A stretch of DNA of 64,000 nucleotides. Source: Octopus sinensis. Its lineage: Eukaryota. Positions 12,561 to 26,387 of this stretch are shown here, one piece after another (the stretch's first letter is position 1; each line of letters begins with the position of its first letter). The stretch covers positions 111,352,001 to 111,416,000 of the forward strand of contig NC_042997.1 in the NCBI RefSeq assembly GCF_006345805.1, written 5' to 3'. Both the position numbers and the translations under genes were made by a program. A model generated the notes under the pieces. That model was given only the letters and a program-made list of their open reading frames with translations. It searched no databases and was not told the origin of the DNA.

Positions 12561-13377
12561 ATATATATATAAGATCAAAATAAGCAACAGGGTATCAAGT
12601 AGTTATGCAGTATGACAGTTTCAAGCGACTCTATTTAATTGAACAATGCAATCATTACACCAATTTAAATGCAGTGCCATCTTCAGCTGCACAAATAAAT
12701 AAATAGAATTTTAACCAGTTGGACACATTGATATAATTTTTAACAGAGCAAGAAGATGGATCAAATTAATATTGTCCCTATTGTAGCCAAGAATACACTA
12801 CACTTCCAAGAATGGCATGAAACCCATTGGGGTCATGGCGTTGCAAAGGATTGTAATTCATTTCTAATTCATTTATCTCTTTATCAACTACTAAATCTAA
12901 GACTAGGAGACTGTGTCTGTTTTGAATAAACGACAAGAGTGAGTTGATAGCTCATGGCTACGTATGGTCATAAATATTTGTCATATGTATCCCTTTTCCT
13001 CAGGGAGGAAAAATGACATTAGGAGTAGTCAATTGGATATAGAGTAACTGTCCATAAAAAGAGGCTGGGTAGGGGAATTAACACCCTAGGTTTCTTAGTG
13101 TCATGCTCCTTTAACTGGTAGTTAACATCATGATTAAAAGTCTTCCCCTAAATACTTTTCCCCCCTATACTTTTAGTTATATTTCTAGTTCATATGTTCT
13201 GCTGAATTTTGGAAAGAATATAAGTGAAACACAAGTGAAAACAGGTTGCAGAGCACTGGACTAAACCTTTGAACGTGGTGCCCCAGCATGGCCGCAGTCC
13301 AATGACTGAAACAAGCATTAAAATATAAGAAGAGAGATAAAAGCACAAACAACTGACCAACGATTTACCATTGCTGC

Positions 13378-13733
13378 TTGTTTGTTTGTTGAGTGAAGCG
13401 GACTTCATCCCAGGGTTGTAATGGGAGAAGTCCAAAACGTAGCTATTCGTAAGACCCGCAGAAAGGAAATCAGGTCAACCCCTGACACCGAGAGCATCGA
13501 CGGATGGATGAATGCGCATCCAGGCTCAGCGGTTGCATAGGAAGTCAGGGACAAGAAACAGGAAGAAAGAGTGAGAGAAAGTTGGAGCGAAAGAGTACAA
13601 CAGGGGTCGCCACCACCCCCAGCCGGAGCCTCGTGGAGTTTTAGGTGTTTTCACTCAATAAACACACAACGCCCAGTCTGGGAATCGAAACCGCGAGTCC
13701 GCTGCCCTAACCACTGGGCCATTGCGCCTCCAC
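13378..13733 (-). mobile_element. SINE family R (body1 + tail gamma) with 12-bp TSD
   Basis: tRNA-like head at 13680-13733; TSD TACC(A/G)TTGCTGC at 13366-13377 and 13734-13745. Confidence 0.88.
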
Positions 13734-14269
13734 TACCGTTGCTGCCATTCACATCCAGATAACAGTTATATAATACGATAAAAGAATAATGTTGCAACAC
13801 AACGGAACTTCAAATCTAAGTGGATTTTTCTGATACTAACAAAACCTCCTTGTTCCAAACCAATTATTTACCAAATGTGAATCAATTCTTCTTTCGAAGG
13901 ATTAAATATCTCACCCATTCCAGCAACAGAATTGTTTACTTCTCCCTTCCGACTTCAAAGAACTTTAATACGTAGAAACATACGATTTCTTTTCATCATT
14001 TTTGTCGATTTTAAAGGTAAAGAAACAAAAACATTGATCGCAAGATTCCTAATTGATTGAACTACACTTTCCTACTTCTTTCTTTCATTCTTTCGTTCTT
14101 TCATTCTTTCGTTCTTTCATTCTTTCCTTCTTTCTTTTTTATTGTTTCTGCTAAATGTTAATCAAATCAATACGAAAAAGTCAATCGATGCAAATTATTT
14201 CTAAAAGAAATCTGCTTCATTGATACTTCTACCAGAATTCACGTGAGAAAGCAAACATGCTAATATTCA

Positions 14270-15226
14270 TGCATACATACATACATATACATACGTACAT
14301 GCATGCATACATACACGCATACATTCATACATACATTCATACATACATACATTCATACATACATACATACATACATACATACATACATACATACATACAT
14401 ACATAATACATACATATATACAAACATACATTCATACATACTTAGATACATACATACATACACACATACATACATACATACATACATACATACATACATA
14501 CATACATACATGCATACATTCCTGCTTACATACATATATACATACATACATACATACATACACACATTCATACATACTTACATACATTCATACATTCATG
14601 CATACATACATACATACATACATACATACTACATACATACATACATACATACATTCATACATACACGCATACATACATACATACATACATATATACATAC
14701 ATACATACTTACATACATACATACATTCATACATACATACATTCATACATACATACATACATTCATGAATACATACATACACACATTCATACACACATAC
14801 ATTCATACATTCATAAATACATACATGCATACATACATACATACATACATACATACATACATACATGCATGCATACATACATTCATACATACATACATAC
14901 ATACATACATACATACATACATACATACATTCATACATACTTAGATACATACATACATACATACATACATACATACATACATACATACATTCATATATAC
15001 ATACATACATTCATACATACATGCATGCATACATACATTCCTGCATACATACATACACACATTCATACATACATACATACATTCATACATTCATAAATAC
15101 ATACATACATGCATACATACATACATACATACATATATTCATACATACATTCATACATACATACATTCATACATACATACATACATTCATACATTCATGA
15201 ATACATACATACACACATTCATACAC

Positions 15227-15259
<33 letters not shown>

Positions 15260-15440
15260 CATACATACATACATACATACATACATTCATACATACATTC
15301 ATACATACATACATACATACATTCATACATACATACATACATTCGTAAATACATACATACATACATACATACATACATACATACATACATACATACATAC
15401 ATACATACATACATACATACATACATACATACATACATGC
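14270..15440. repeat. About 1.2 kb (TACA)n/(TTCA) microsatellite
   Basis: Directly visible. Confidence 0.98.
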
Positions 15441-15649
15441 GTGCAGTTGTCTATTAAACTGATGGTAATTCATGCAGTACACGTAGAGGATCAAGAATCC
15501 AAAAAATAACGTATCTGTTAATTCTCAATATATTTTGCCTGATTGAAACAGGAATATGCTAATTGCTGTTGTTTTCCTTCATCAGAGCGCAATACCTTTT
15601 GGTGAATCACATGTGTTCATAATATATGGGATTCACCGATGTACGGGGA

Positions 15650-15697
15650 CTTCGAGACACCACAGTTTCGGTCTTTTGTATCTCTTCTCAGTCAAAG
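15650..15697 (-). ncRNA. Variant hammerhead motif (family 2) in a repeat spanning about 15530-15770
   Basis: Minus strand CTTTGA-CTGAGAA-GAGATACAAAAGACC-GAAAC-TGTGGT-GTC|TCGAAG; core has G8>A; homologous to 40425-40470 and 40641-40687. Confidence 0.55.
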
Positions 15698-15812
15698 TGA
15701 CCCCAGACCGATGAATTTAACAAGAGCACGCACTCTTGTTTATAGGAATCAACAAACAAATTATTTGCGGATGCGTTATATTACAGATGAATACACCACT
15801 TATATATTACAA

Positions 15813-16073
15813 TAAATAAATAAATGCGCCCTTTTAAAGCCTAGCCAGGTTCATGGGCCCGGTCTCCGGTTTCTATGGCGTATGTGTTCCCCAGCTGGAC
15901 GGGATGCCAGTCCATCGCAGTGTTACTCATTTTTGCCAGTTGAGTGGACTGGAGCAACGTGAAATGAAGTGTTTTGTTCAAGAACACAACGCGTTGCCCG
16001 GTCCAGGAATCGAAACCACAATCTTATGATCATAGTGCTGACACCCTAAACGCTAACTCAACTCACGCGCCTC
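15813..16073 (-). mobile_element. SINE family R (body2 + tail beta)
   Basis: Head ccaggaatcgaaacc; body gagtggactggagcaacgtgaaatgaagtg; homologous to 42605-42840. Confidence 0.85.
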
Positions 16074-16730
16074 GACCTATATATTACAATAACATTTCAT
16101 AATTTTATCTTTGTGATTATATTCCGCAATATTTTGATCAGGAAATCATACCATAGAACTATATAATAACGTATTTGATATTTTCAATCAAGTTTATAAT
16201 ATCAGTGTTGAATTCCACAGTCAATATCGTTTCTGTTTCTCTTAGGTATACACTTTTGTGCAATCAAATATTTTGTGGGTATTTCCAGGTACTGTTTACC
16301 CGTCAAAACGGCAGCAAATGAAGTGCTAAAAGATCTTATCCAACAGACTCCTTTCTAACTCTCACAATGCCATTTGTCTCAGGTGTAATTGAAGTATGAA
16401 CACACTTCGACAGTTGGTGCTTAACAGATGCAGGTAAACAGCATGATGTGACATTCAAAATCAGTCTGAATTGGTGCTAACCAAAAACATAACTTGGGGA
16501 GGGATGAGGGGGCGGTCTGCCACGGGTAACGCTTTTAACGGGGCAGCAGTTTGGAGTCAGCTTTGTAAGCTTGTATGGCCTTGGGTACCGAAGGTAGAGT
16601 GTGACATAGTCGAGGGTTGTTCCTGGCTCATCCTCCTTTTGATTTAAATATGGGTGGTCTCTATCCTTGTCGATGTGGACACATCTGAAGTCTTCAAGTT
16701 TAACATCAATAGCCCAGATATCACCTAGAT

Positions 16731-16963
16731 CAGTGGACCCTTTTTATTACTATTTTGCATTAATGGACCCTCATAACCATTCAATGATTAAAAAATTCTA
16801 TCAGAATTTTTATAATTAAATGTTATAAGAAATTGTATTTAAAAAAGTTGTTAAAATATTTTCTGTATTGTAGAAATATCACCAATTTGTTGGAGAAAAA
16901 TTTTAACAGCAAAATATTACGTGGACCCCTGAGGCTCACATGGACCTTGACTGAGAACCCCTG
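16731..16963. mobile_element. hAT MITE (same family as 2556-2827)
   Basis: CAGTGG... / ...GAGAACCCCTG ends and internal similarity. Confidence 0.7.
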
Positions 16964-17719
16964 ACTGAACTGGTTTGTTGGATTTGCTGGTTTTACCATC
17001 ATGTGGGGCCTTTATCCATACTCCACCCCTATGTTAGAGATTGTTAGAAAATAGTTTTCATATTTTTGCCAAATATCTTCAAACTGCCAAAAGATATTTT
17101 AAATGCTTCTTTGACAAACACACCTGTAATATGTTATCCAATCAGAGACGATAAAAATCACTCCCTGTGACTTCAGAATGGCAACACAGGATGAAGCCAG
17201 GTTGTCTATGGTTTTCAATGTGGTCTCTGGAAGTTTAACACGTCTAATAGTGTCAATTCAAATGCTTTCTTCTAATACAGCTAGATTGCGACCAAATTCT
17301 TCCTGTGAATTAATGCAATGTGTATATACATGTAATATTTCTATATATGTACTATACATGCAAAGTATGTATAAATATGTATACATATATATATGTTTAT
17401 GTATATGTATGTGTGTGTGTGAATACGTATGCATGCCTGTGTGTGAATATATGTTTGTGTGTGATTGTGTGTGTGTGTGTATGTTGTGCACGTGTGCATG
17501 CGCTCCCACGTATGCACGTATCTGTGTATGTGTATATAAATGGTTATTTGATGCCATCGATTTCTTTAACTGGAATTCTGAATTACTTTCATCTGAAAAT
17601 ACCTCTGCCCTCTGCTATACCGATACCAGAACAGTAAGAGTACTTATCGAACATCTACATACATACACACATACATACATATTCACCCACGACCCCACTC
17701 TCGCTACATTACTATTATT

Positions 17720-17732
17720 AATAGTGTATGTG

Positions 17733-17763
<31 letters not shown>

Positions 17764-17779
17764 GAGTGAATATTATATA

Positions 17780-17811
<32 letters not shown>

Positions 17812-17840
17812 TTGTATGTATATATATATATGTATGTACG

Positions 17841-17922
<82 letters not shown>

Positions 17923-18086
17923 CATGTAGGTGTGTATGTGTGTGTTTGTATATATATATATATATATACACACACACATACATACATATGCATATATATA
18001 TATAAGCACATATATGAATATATATGCATATATACACATACAGACACATATATATATACATATATATATGTGTGTATATATATATG

Positions 18087-18133
<47 letters not shown>

Positions 18134-18160
18134 TGTGTGGATACACGTGTGTGTGTATAT
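17720..18160. repeat. Compound (TA)/(TG)/(TATG)n microsatellite
   Basis: Directly visible. Confidence 0.95.
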
Positions 18161-18473
18161 TGGCCTGCTTCTAGCTAACATGAAGGTTATTGATTGATTG
18201 CCTCCAAGAACACTTCACCGATTCTAGCGAATTAGGAATCTATAAGAGTTTACGTTTCTTCTAATGGCATCGGAATATATGTATATATGTGTGCATGTAA
18301 GTGTTTGTGTATATTTGTGGCTGCAAGAGTATGGATGTGAGTGTTAACATGAATTAATGTCCATATGCATAAATGTTTGTACGTATGTGAGTGTGTGTGT
18401 GTGTGTATACTGTATGTGTGTGCATCAAGGCACACACTCACGCACATATATACACACAAACATATATACATAC

Positions 18474-18715
18474 ATCATCATCATCAGCATCATCGTTTAA
18501 CGTCCGCTTTCCATACTAGCAGGGGTTGGACGGTTTAACTGGGGTCTGGGAAGCCCGAAGGCTGTACCAGGCCAGTCAGATCTGGCGGTGTTTCTACAGC
18601 TGGATGCCCTTCCTATCGCCAACCACTCCGTGAGTGTAGTGGGTGCTTTTTTGTGTGCCACCGACACAGGTGCCAGACGAGGCTGACGAACGGATGGTAT
18701 TTTTTACGTGCCACC
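18474..18715 (-). mobile_element. RTE LINE 3' UTR fragment
   Basis: (CAT)n then reverse complement of the RTE tail. Confidence 0.88.
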
Positions 18716-18717
18716 GC

Positions 18718-19342
18718 ACTCCCTTTTACTTGTTTCAGTCATTTGACTGCGGCCATGCTGGAGCACCGCCTTTTAGTCGAGCAAATCGACACCAGGTCTT
18801 ATTCTTTGTAAACCTAGTACTTATTCTATCGGTCCCTTTTGCCGAACCGCTAAGTAACGGGGACGTAAACATGCCAGCATCGGTTGTCAAACGATGTTGG
18901 GGAGACAAACACAGACACAACAAACACACACACACATATGACCTCATGTGTACCGTTGGCGATTTTTTTCCCTCTGTCTTCCCTTCTCTGAATCTTTCCT
19001 TCTCCTATGTTTCCGACGAAGAGCTCTGCTCGAAACGTTAAACCCTCCTTCTTTCCTTCTTTCCTTCTTTCCTGAGCGTCCAATAATACTATATTTGTTC
19101 CACGTCCTCGCGTTGTTGTGTTTTTTTTGTGCTTTCATGTTTGGATTAACTTTAACTACATATATATATACATATATACGACAGGCTTCTTTCAGTTTCC
19201 GTCTACTAAATCCACTCACAAGGCTTTGGTCGGCCCAAGGCTATAGTAGAAGGCACTTTCCCAAGGTGCCACGCAGTGGGACTGAACCCGGGACAGTGTG
19301 GTTGATAAGCAGGCTACTTACCACACAGCCACTCCTGCGCCT
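18718..19342 (-). mobile_element. SINE family A with about 220 bp inserted in its internal microsatellite
   Basis: Tail half 18718-18937 and head half 19175-19342 flank unrelated sequence. Confidence 0.9.
19009..19043 (+). ncRNA. Minimal type-I hammerhead motif (CCGACGA variant)
   Basis: GTTT-CCGACGA-A-GAGC-TCT-GCTC-GAAACGTT|AAAC: stem I GTTT/AAAC, stem II GAGC/GCTC, palindromic AACGTT stem III. Confidence 0.78.
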
Positions 19343-19382
19343 ATATATATACATATAAAACATACATATACAGATGCATGTG

Positions 19383-19660
19383 AAGATGCGTAGCCCAGTG
19401 GTTAGGCATGCTGTACTCATGATCATCTGACCGTGGTTTCGATTCCCAGACCGACTGCATGTTGTCTTCTCGAGCAATTCACTTCATCTCATGTTTCTTC
19501 AGTCCATTCTGCTGTAAATGGGTTCACCCTGCGATGGACTGGTCTTCCAGTCAGAGGGTATGTTGGCATCATTCGAAAGCTAAAACGATGCAAAGTGCTT
19601 TGTGACTAGCAATGTATAACAACGGCTGATAGTCTGGTGGGTCACGTGATCATGTGATAT
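19383..19660 (+). mobile_element. SINE family R (body2 + distinct tail)
   Basis: A-box TAGCCCAGTGG, B-box GGTTTCGATTCC, body2 similarity. Confidence 0.7.
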
Positions 19661-19844
19661 GTACACACAGGCACACACACGAAAACACACACATATCCAT
19701 GCATTTATGGGTAGGTGTACTTACATAAATTAGTCTGTATGTATACCACTGTTTGTATCTATGTATGTGTGTATATATATACACACATTATCAACCACAT
19801 ATTTAATGTATATGGTTCTTGTGTGTACACACACACACATATTC

Positions 19845-20228
19845 TTTTATTATTTCATTTGTTTCAGTCATTTGACTGTGGCCATGCTGGAGCACCACCT
19901 TTAATCGAACAAATCAATCCCAGAACTTATTCTTTGTAAGCCTAGTGCTTATTCTATCAGTTCTTTGTCGAACCGCTAAGTTACGGAGACATAAACACTC
20001 CAGTATCAGTTGTCAAGCGATGGTGGAGGGACAAACACAGGCACACAAACACACACACAGAGATATATATGCAACGAGCTTCTTTCAGTTTCCGCCTACT
20101 AAATCCACTCACAAGGCTTTGGTCAGCCTGAGGATATAGTAGGGTTGCCTAAGGTACCACACCGTGGAACTGAACCCAGAATCATGTGGTTGGTAAGCAA
20201 GGTTCTTACCACACAGCCACGCCTGCAT
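19845..20228 (-). mobile_element. SINE family A
   Basis: Reverse complement of the consensus. Confidence 0.9.
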
Positions 20229-20431
20229 ACATATTTATATTATTTATTATATATACAATAATGCTTCAAGTATCGTGGGTGTTACGTTCTAAAAAATCCT
20301 GTTTTGGTGAAAATCTGCAAAGTAGAAACACTACTGTACTGTGTATCTTTTTATTATTATTTTTATAATTTGTATATATATATTTTATTATAAATGCAAA
20401 ACAACACCACGGAGGAATCAATGTAAGCTTA

Positions 20432-20797
20432 AACAAGAGCACTGAGAGAGTGCAAACCTCTGCCTAAACAACACTAATGTCCTCTCAATGATTAGCCAGA
20501 GACGATTTTTAAAATGAAAATTTCTGAAATAAACTTGACTGCTCTCACAAACGAGAATACTAAGAATGAATCCGACCGCGCTCAAAAATTTTAGTAAAAA
20601 ACCAAAAAGATAATCCAGAATCCTTGTCCAGTACCAGATCGATCCCCAAATCCGAGCAGTTTGTGCCTTTTACAAGGCCAAACATCCCTGAAATTTCATC
20701 CAAATCCACCCAGCAGTTCTTGAGATATGTTGACCATGGACAAACAAACAAACACGACTGAAAACAATACTTCCACCTTTGCTAAAGTGGAGGTAAT
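20432..20797. mobile_element. Helentron/HINE-like non-autonomous element
   Basis: Starts AACAAGAGCACTGAGAGAG..ACCTCTGCC, ends with hairpin TTCCACCTTT-GCT-AAAGTGGAGGTAAT complementary to the 5' subterminal motif. Confidence 0.5.
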
Positions 20798-20882
20798 AAT
20801 AAACTGCAATAGGTGAACCATGATAGGGTGAGGGATTACTGTATACATATATATATTATATATATATATATATATCTATATA

Positions 20883-20930
<48 letters not shown>

Positions 20931-20959
20931 TATATATATTATATATATATATATAAATT

Positions 20960-21350
20960 TTTTCATAATATGATAAATAACCGAGGCTGTGTAGATTTTA
21001 GAACATTTATAGATAGAAGGTCTTACAGCTGTTTCCATGATATTTATTATATTCCTTAATCGGAGACTGTGTGAGAGGATGGTTAAGAAACAGTTAATTT
21101 AGATAAGATATAAAATAGAGAGTTAGGTGGAGGAAATGAAAGAAAATAGTTGTGAGATATGTAGGGATATTGCATTTGTAGATCTATTTTTTTAGGCAGA
21201 ATGGAATACATATAAGATTCCAATACTTTGTGAGTGAAGTCCAATAGTATTTAAAATTGATCATTCCAAGTATAGAGTTTATACAAAGTGTCTTTGAATC
21301 AAGGGTTTTATTTAAATTGACCGAAAAAAAATAGGGAATTTACTAGTAGG
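20960..21350 (-). mobile_element. Hammerhead-bearing Penelope-pLTR-like repeat (family 1) next to (TA)n
   Basis: Minus strand GTCT-CCGATTA-AGGAATAT..ATATCATG-GAAACAGCTGTA|AGAC at 21020-21067 (degenerate core); homologous to 24105-24400 and 48061-48565. Confidence 0.7.
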
Positions 21351-21359
21351 GTCAAATCC

Positions 21360-22405
21360 AAACACCTACACATGCACCATCACTCGAATTAGAGATAAGT
21401 TTGAAGCCGATGGAACTGTTCAGAAGACCACGAACATCAAGAATGCCAACAAAGCAAGAAGGAGTACTGGAAACGAATCATCAAAATCCAAGAAAATCTG
21501 TGTGGCAAGCGAGTCATGAGGTAGGTATTCCAAAATCGTCTGTTCAACGCATTTTGATGTGTTGTCAATGGAAAAGTTACGTTCCATGATTAGCCCGTGC
21601 TATTAATGACGATGATCCAGACCGAAGACTGCAGTATTGCGAGTGGTACTTGGCACGATGTGTAGAAGATGCACACTTTCCAACAAAGATTGTGTGGAGT
21701 GATGAGGCCACATTCAAATTAAGTGGTTCAATTAACCACCACAACTGCACCTTGTGAGGATCTGAGAATCCACATGTTATGGTGGAACACCATGTTAATT
21801 TACCAGGAGTTGCAGTGTAGTGTGGCTCATCATCAAGAGAATTACGTGGACCATTCTCTTTTGATGCTACTGTGACTAGTTCTGTTTACTTGAATTTGCT
21901 GCAACAGTCTGTCATGCCAAGCATCAAAGAAGACTTTGAAGATGAAGAGTTTTTATTTTCAGCAAGATTAGGGCACCCCCACACCCTGCCATCGCTATGT
22001 TAGATCCTTCCTTGATGAGATCTTGCCAAACAGGTGGATTGGACGAAGGGGTTTCATTAAACACCCTCTGCATTAACCAGACCTCACACCACTAGACATT
22101 TTTTATGGGAATACCTAAAAGACAAAGTCTACACTATGAAGCCTGCAACAGCTGCTGATTTGAGAGCAGCCATTGAATGAGAATGCATAGAAGTACCAAA
22201 CGAATTATTTCATGATATTTGCGATTCCATTGATTTGCGTTGTCAGCAGTGCCTGGACCAGGCCAGACGTCAGTTTGCAAACAGGTATTGACAAAACAAT
22301 AAAATAATGTCTGTAGATTCTATTAATTTTGAAAATGATATGCCTTTTAATAAACACCTAATTTACAATTATTTAAAGTGTGTATACATTTTGGGGGACA
22401 CCCCA
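21360..22405 (+). mobile_element. 5'-truncated decayed Tc1/mariner DD41D (rosa-like) transposon
   Basis: Fragments [15 protein letters not shown](G)APPH, LPNRWIGRRG, PDLTPLD; about 41 residues between second and third Asp; right TIR ...GGGGGACACCCCA|TA. Confidence 0.85.
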
Positions 22406-23339
22406 TAGAGAGATTACGTAAATAAATATGATCTAGCAGCAGTGTACCGGCACGACGTCAGGTGAGTTGCTTTGATAGCATTCCTAGATCACGTTCAGTT
22501 TCCCATGTACGTATATACAAAGATACATGCATACATATGACAATGCCCAAGCGATATATTAAAGTGTGTGTGTGTGTGCGCGCGCGCATGCATGCGTGTG
22601 TATGGTGTTTTGTGTGTATGTGTACGTAAAACGATATATTTTTTAAAATTCAACTAAGAATTTATTGTATTTCTAAGAACATTAACAGCATTTCCTAATT
22701 TCCTATGCAAGAAGATGAAAAAAGCAATTCTACAACTTTCCTTTCTTATCTTTCCTCCCCAACAACACCACCACCACAACCACCTCCCACCCCGTCCCGT
22801 CCCGTCACCCACCCGTTCTCTTTTCTCTTTTTCCATATTTATTCACCAAATTTTATTTTTCATTCCCTGTAAGCAAGTTTAAATATTATTCATGACTCCT
22901 TTCCCTCCACCTTCATTTCTCGCTTTTATTCATTTGTCTATTATTTATTTATTCATTTATTTATTTTGTGAATTAAACCCCCTCAGCAGCCATCGATCCG
23001 GTTATCTTCCCTTTGTCGGCATTCTCTTGTTTCCAAACAAACCTCCTTCCTTTTACCTCCCTTTAATGAACTCAAAAACAAAAACCGTCGGCTCAGATGC
23101 GATAATGGCCGCCTACTTGGGGAGACTTGGGGAGGGCAACACACTCGAGCACCCGTTCCCCTTTTATCTTCCTCTACAAGACACATATTCTGCTTTTTGC
23201 CTTCCTTCCTCCCTTTCCCCATTCCTCTATTCTTTTATTTGTTTGTTGGGTTGTTTTTATTTATCTCCCTCCTATACTTGGTATTACCTTGTGTTGTTAT
23301 TCAGATGTTGTTGTTGTTCTTCTTCTTCCACTTTTTCCA

Positions 23340-23420
23340 TTTCTTCTTCTTCTCCTCCTCCTCCTCCTCCTCCCCTTCTTCTTCTTCTTCTTCTTCTTCT
23401 TCTTCTTCTTCTTCTTTCTC
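23340..23420. repeat. (CTT)n/(CCT)n polypyrimidine repeat
   Basis: Directly visible. Confidence 0.95.
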
Positions 23421-23956
23421 CACTTTTTTTCTTCAGATATTTTGAAAGACAGGAGAGATAGACAGATAGATAGGTAGATAGAGACAGACGGGGAAGGAGA
23501 CAGAGAAAGAAAGTGTGTCATACAGTAAAATTATGCCCAGCCATTAATCCTTATAATGTTGACCCTCAATTTACAAAGAAGAATGCTTCAGAGATAGATA
23601 CAGGTGTGGTTCTCTCCAAAGAATTTTGTTCTCCAACCACATGGTTCCGGGTCAATTGCCGTTGCGTAGTACCATGAGCAAGTGTTTATTTGAACTATAT
23701 ATATATATATATATATATATGCTCGGGATTAAAACGACATAGTTTTTTTTATTAGTAAAGTAAAATTATGTGGCCAAATGGCAGTGCCCCAGCATGGCCA
23801 CATCTTATGAGCTGAAACTAGATCAAATCAAATCATATACATATATATGCATGCATACATACATACATACATACATACATAATTACATACAACATACATA
23901 CATACATACATACATACATACATACATACATACATACATACATACATACATACATA

Positions 23957-24400
23957 GGTTATGAGAGGTAATGGTGTCAATAAGACCCAAAAGTGTCAGG
24001 TAATGCTGAGTAAGTGCTATGGATAGACCATAGTTAAGCACCAGGTTTTGTGATTATGCGAACGGTGATTATGTCCAACGCAGGTCATATATCAGCATGT
24101 GTGTATATAAAAAAAAAAATTTTCAGAATGAGATAAAAAACCAAAGTTGTGAAGATTTTAGAACATTTATAAATAGAAGGTCTTACAGATGTTTCCAGGA
24201 TATTTATTATATTCCTTCATATATCTTATCTTATATCTTATCTAAATTTACTATTGTTTAACCATTTTCTCCCATCGACTCCGATGAAGGGATATAATAG
24301 ATATCGTGGAAACAGCCGTAAGACCTATTTATAAATGTTCTGAAATCTTCACAGCCTTGGGATTTTTTCTCATCCTGAAAAAACATTATATATATATATA
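23957..24400. mobile_element. Composite element: about 145-bp module plus inverted pair of family-1 hammerhead repeats
   Basis: Module ggttatgagaggt...cagcatg recurs at 47920-48060; inverted arms about 24105-24220 and 24230-24400. Confidence 0.8.
24277..24324 (+). ncRNA. Minimal hammerhead motif (family 1)
   Basis: GACT-CCGATGA-AGGGATATAATAGATATCGTG-GAAACAGCCGTA|AGAC. Confidence 0.65.
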
Positions 24401-25164
24401 GTCACTGCACTAAATCATTTTCTGCAGTATTATTTTCCGGTAATTTAGCGTGCCAAAATGAGGACTTTTGAAAAATAACACAAGTGTAATAGGTAGAACT
24501 AGATACAGATCCAACGTCGTGCAGACGTCCCTGTGTATAGTTCTGCAAATTATATTTGTATTGATGATCATACTGAAGATCTATGGACAAATTGCGTAAG
24601 TAAAATTATGTAATCTGTTAATAGTGAAACATTGTTTGTGAATAATCAACATTTTTGTTACTTTTCATTTGTCTTGCTCGCCTACGTTCTGGTGTTTGCT
24701 AAATTTTTCTTGAGAACATTTCTTAGTGGTAAGACCATAGCGGATCTACTTCTAGCATAAGGTTTGTCCACATAGTGGTTATCCTGCTCATATGTATATA
24801 ATACAATTTACTGAACCTTCAGATTTTAATATGTTAGACCACTGGTGTTAAATTGATGTTAATTAAATTAATATCCAATTTCTCATCCTCATTTTAAATG
24901 TATATATATATGTACACACACACACACTCACACACACACACACACACACACCACACACACACACACACACATGTATATATATATATACACATTTATAAAA
25001 AGAGATATTGTGAAATCTATCAAAGATATACACAGGATTCTTAACCATAGATTTCTATGAGAAAATACATTCTGTCTTCGAAATACATATATTCCATAAT
25101 GAAGTTGTTTTCAAGATTGTGGACCATTCCAGACTATTATCAATAATTAAAAGACAATTTCACC

Positions 25165-25395
25165 TAGGTCGACTTTGCCTGTCACCCTTTCAGGGTCGAT
25201 AAATTAAGTACCAGTTGCCTACTCGGGTCGATCTAATCGACTGGCCCTCTTCCACAAAATTTCGGGCCTTGTGCCTACAGTAGAAAGAAAAAAATGATAA
25301 TAATTAAAAGACAAGAACGAGCTGGCAGAATGGTTAGCATGCCGGGCGAAATGCTTAGTGACATTTAGTCCGTCTTTACATTCTGAGTCCAGATC
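25165..25395 (+). mobile_element. SINE family B fragments
   Basis: Tail part 25165-25290, head part 25316-25395. Confidence 0.75.
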
Positions 25396-25512
25396 CCATC
25401 CAATCAAATTTTCATTTATTTATATTAATAACGTGACTCAGATTTTAATTCTAAAATTTTCACAGGGGAAAGAAAGAAAGTGAAGAATTTGAAGAAAGGG
25501 GTTGTTATCGGA

Positions 25513-25543
<31 letters not shown>

Positions 25544-25580
25544 TATATGTATGTATACATGTGTGTGTGTGTGTGTATAT

Positions 25581-25751
25581 ATCATCATCATTTAACGTCC
25601 GTTTTCCACGCTGGCATGGGTTGGACGGTTTGACCGGGGTCTGGAAGCCATGGAGGCTGCACCAAGCTCTAGTCTGATTTGGCAGTATTTCTACAGCTGG
25701 ATGCCCATCCTAACGCCAACCACTCCGTGAGTGTAGTGCGTGCTTTTTACG

Positions 25752-25755
<4 letters not shown>
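25581..25755 (-). mobile_element. RTE LINE 3' UTR fragment
   Basis: (CAT)n plus reverse complement of the RTE tail. Confidence 0.88.
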
Positions 25756-25836
<81 letters not shown>

Positions 25837-26051
25837 GACACATTTTTATGTATGTGTGTACGTATATATATATATGTGTGTGTTTGTGCTTGTATGTGCA
25901 TGTGTGTTGTTTAATTTTAGTTTTAAGCAGATGTTATGGGATATATTATCAGTGATGTTTCTGTGTGTATACATACATACACATACATACATACATACAT
26001 ACATACATACATACATACATACGTACGTACGTACGTACATATATATATCAA

Positions 26052-26387
26052 TATATTATGGAGATGTACTTGCATAGCAAATGACTTGATCTGAGATTGT
26101 GTGCTGAAACAAATTTAGTTGACGCATGAAGGTATTTGTAAGCCATTCAAGAACAAACAAAAGCCGTTAGTTTCACTTCAACATTTAATTTTCATTTGTG
26201 TCGCCAAATTTTGTCAGGGGTTTCAAAGGGATGAAAATATTTTGACACAAATGAAAAGTAAATATTGAAGTTGAACTAACGAATTTTCTGCGTTCTTGAA
26301 TGGCTTACAAATAACTTCGATGCGTCACCTGTTATTGTTTCAGCACACGATCTCAACTCAAGTCACTTGCTACGCACATACATCTCG

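Noticed and set aside
14303-15494. Long ORFs rich in HTYI/MYVC (also at 5.4, 7.4, 12.1, 17.7 and 59.6 kb)
   Set aside because: Translations of microsatellites; no coding evidence
22892-23477. 189-aa hydrophobic ORF
   Set aside because: Low-complexity product of a pyrimidine-rich tract and (CTT)n
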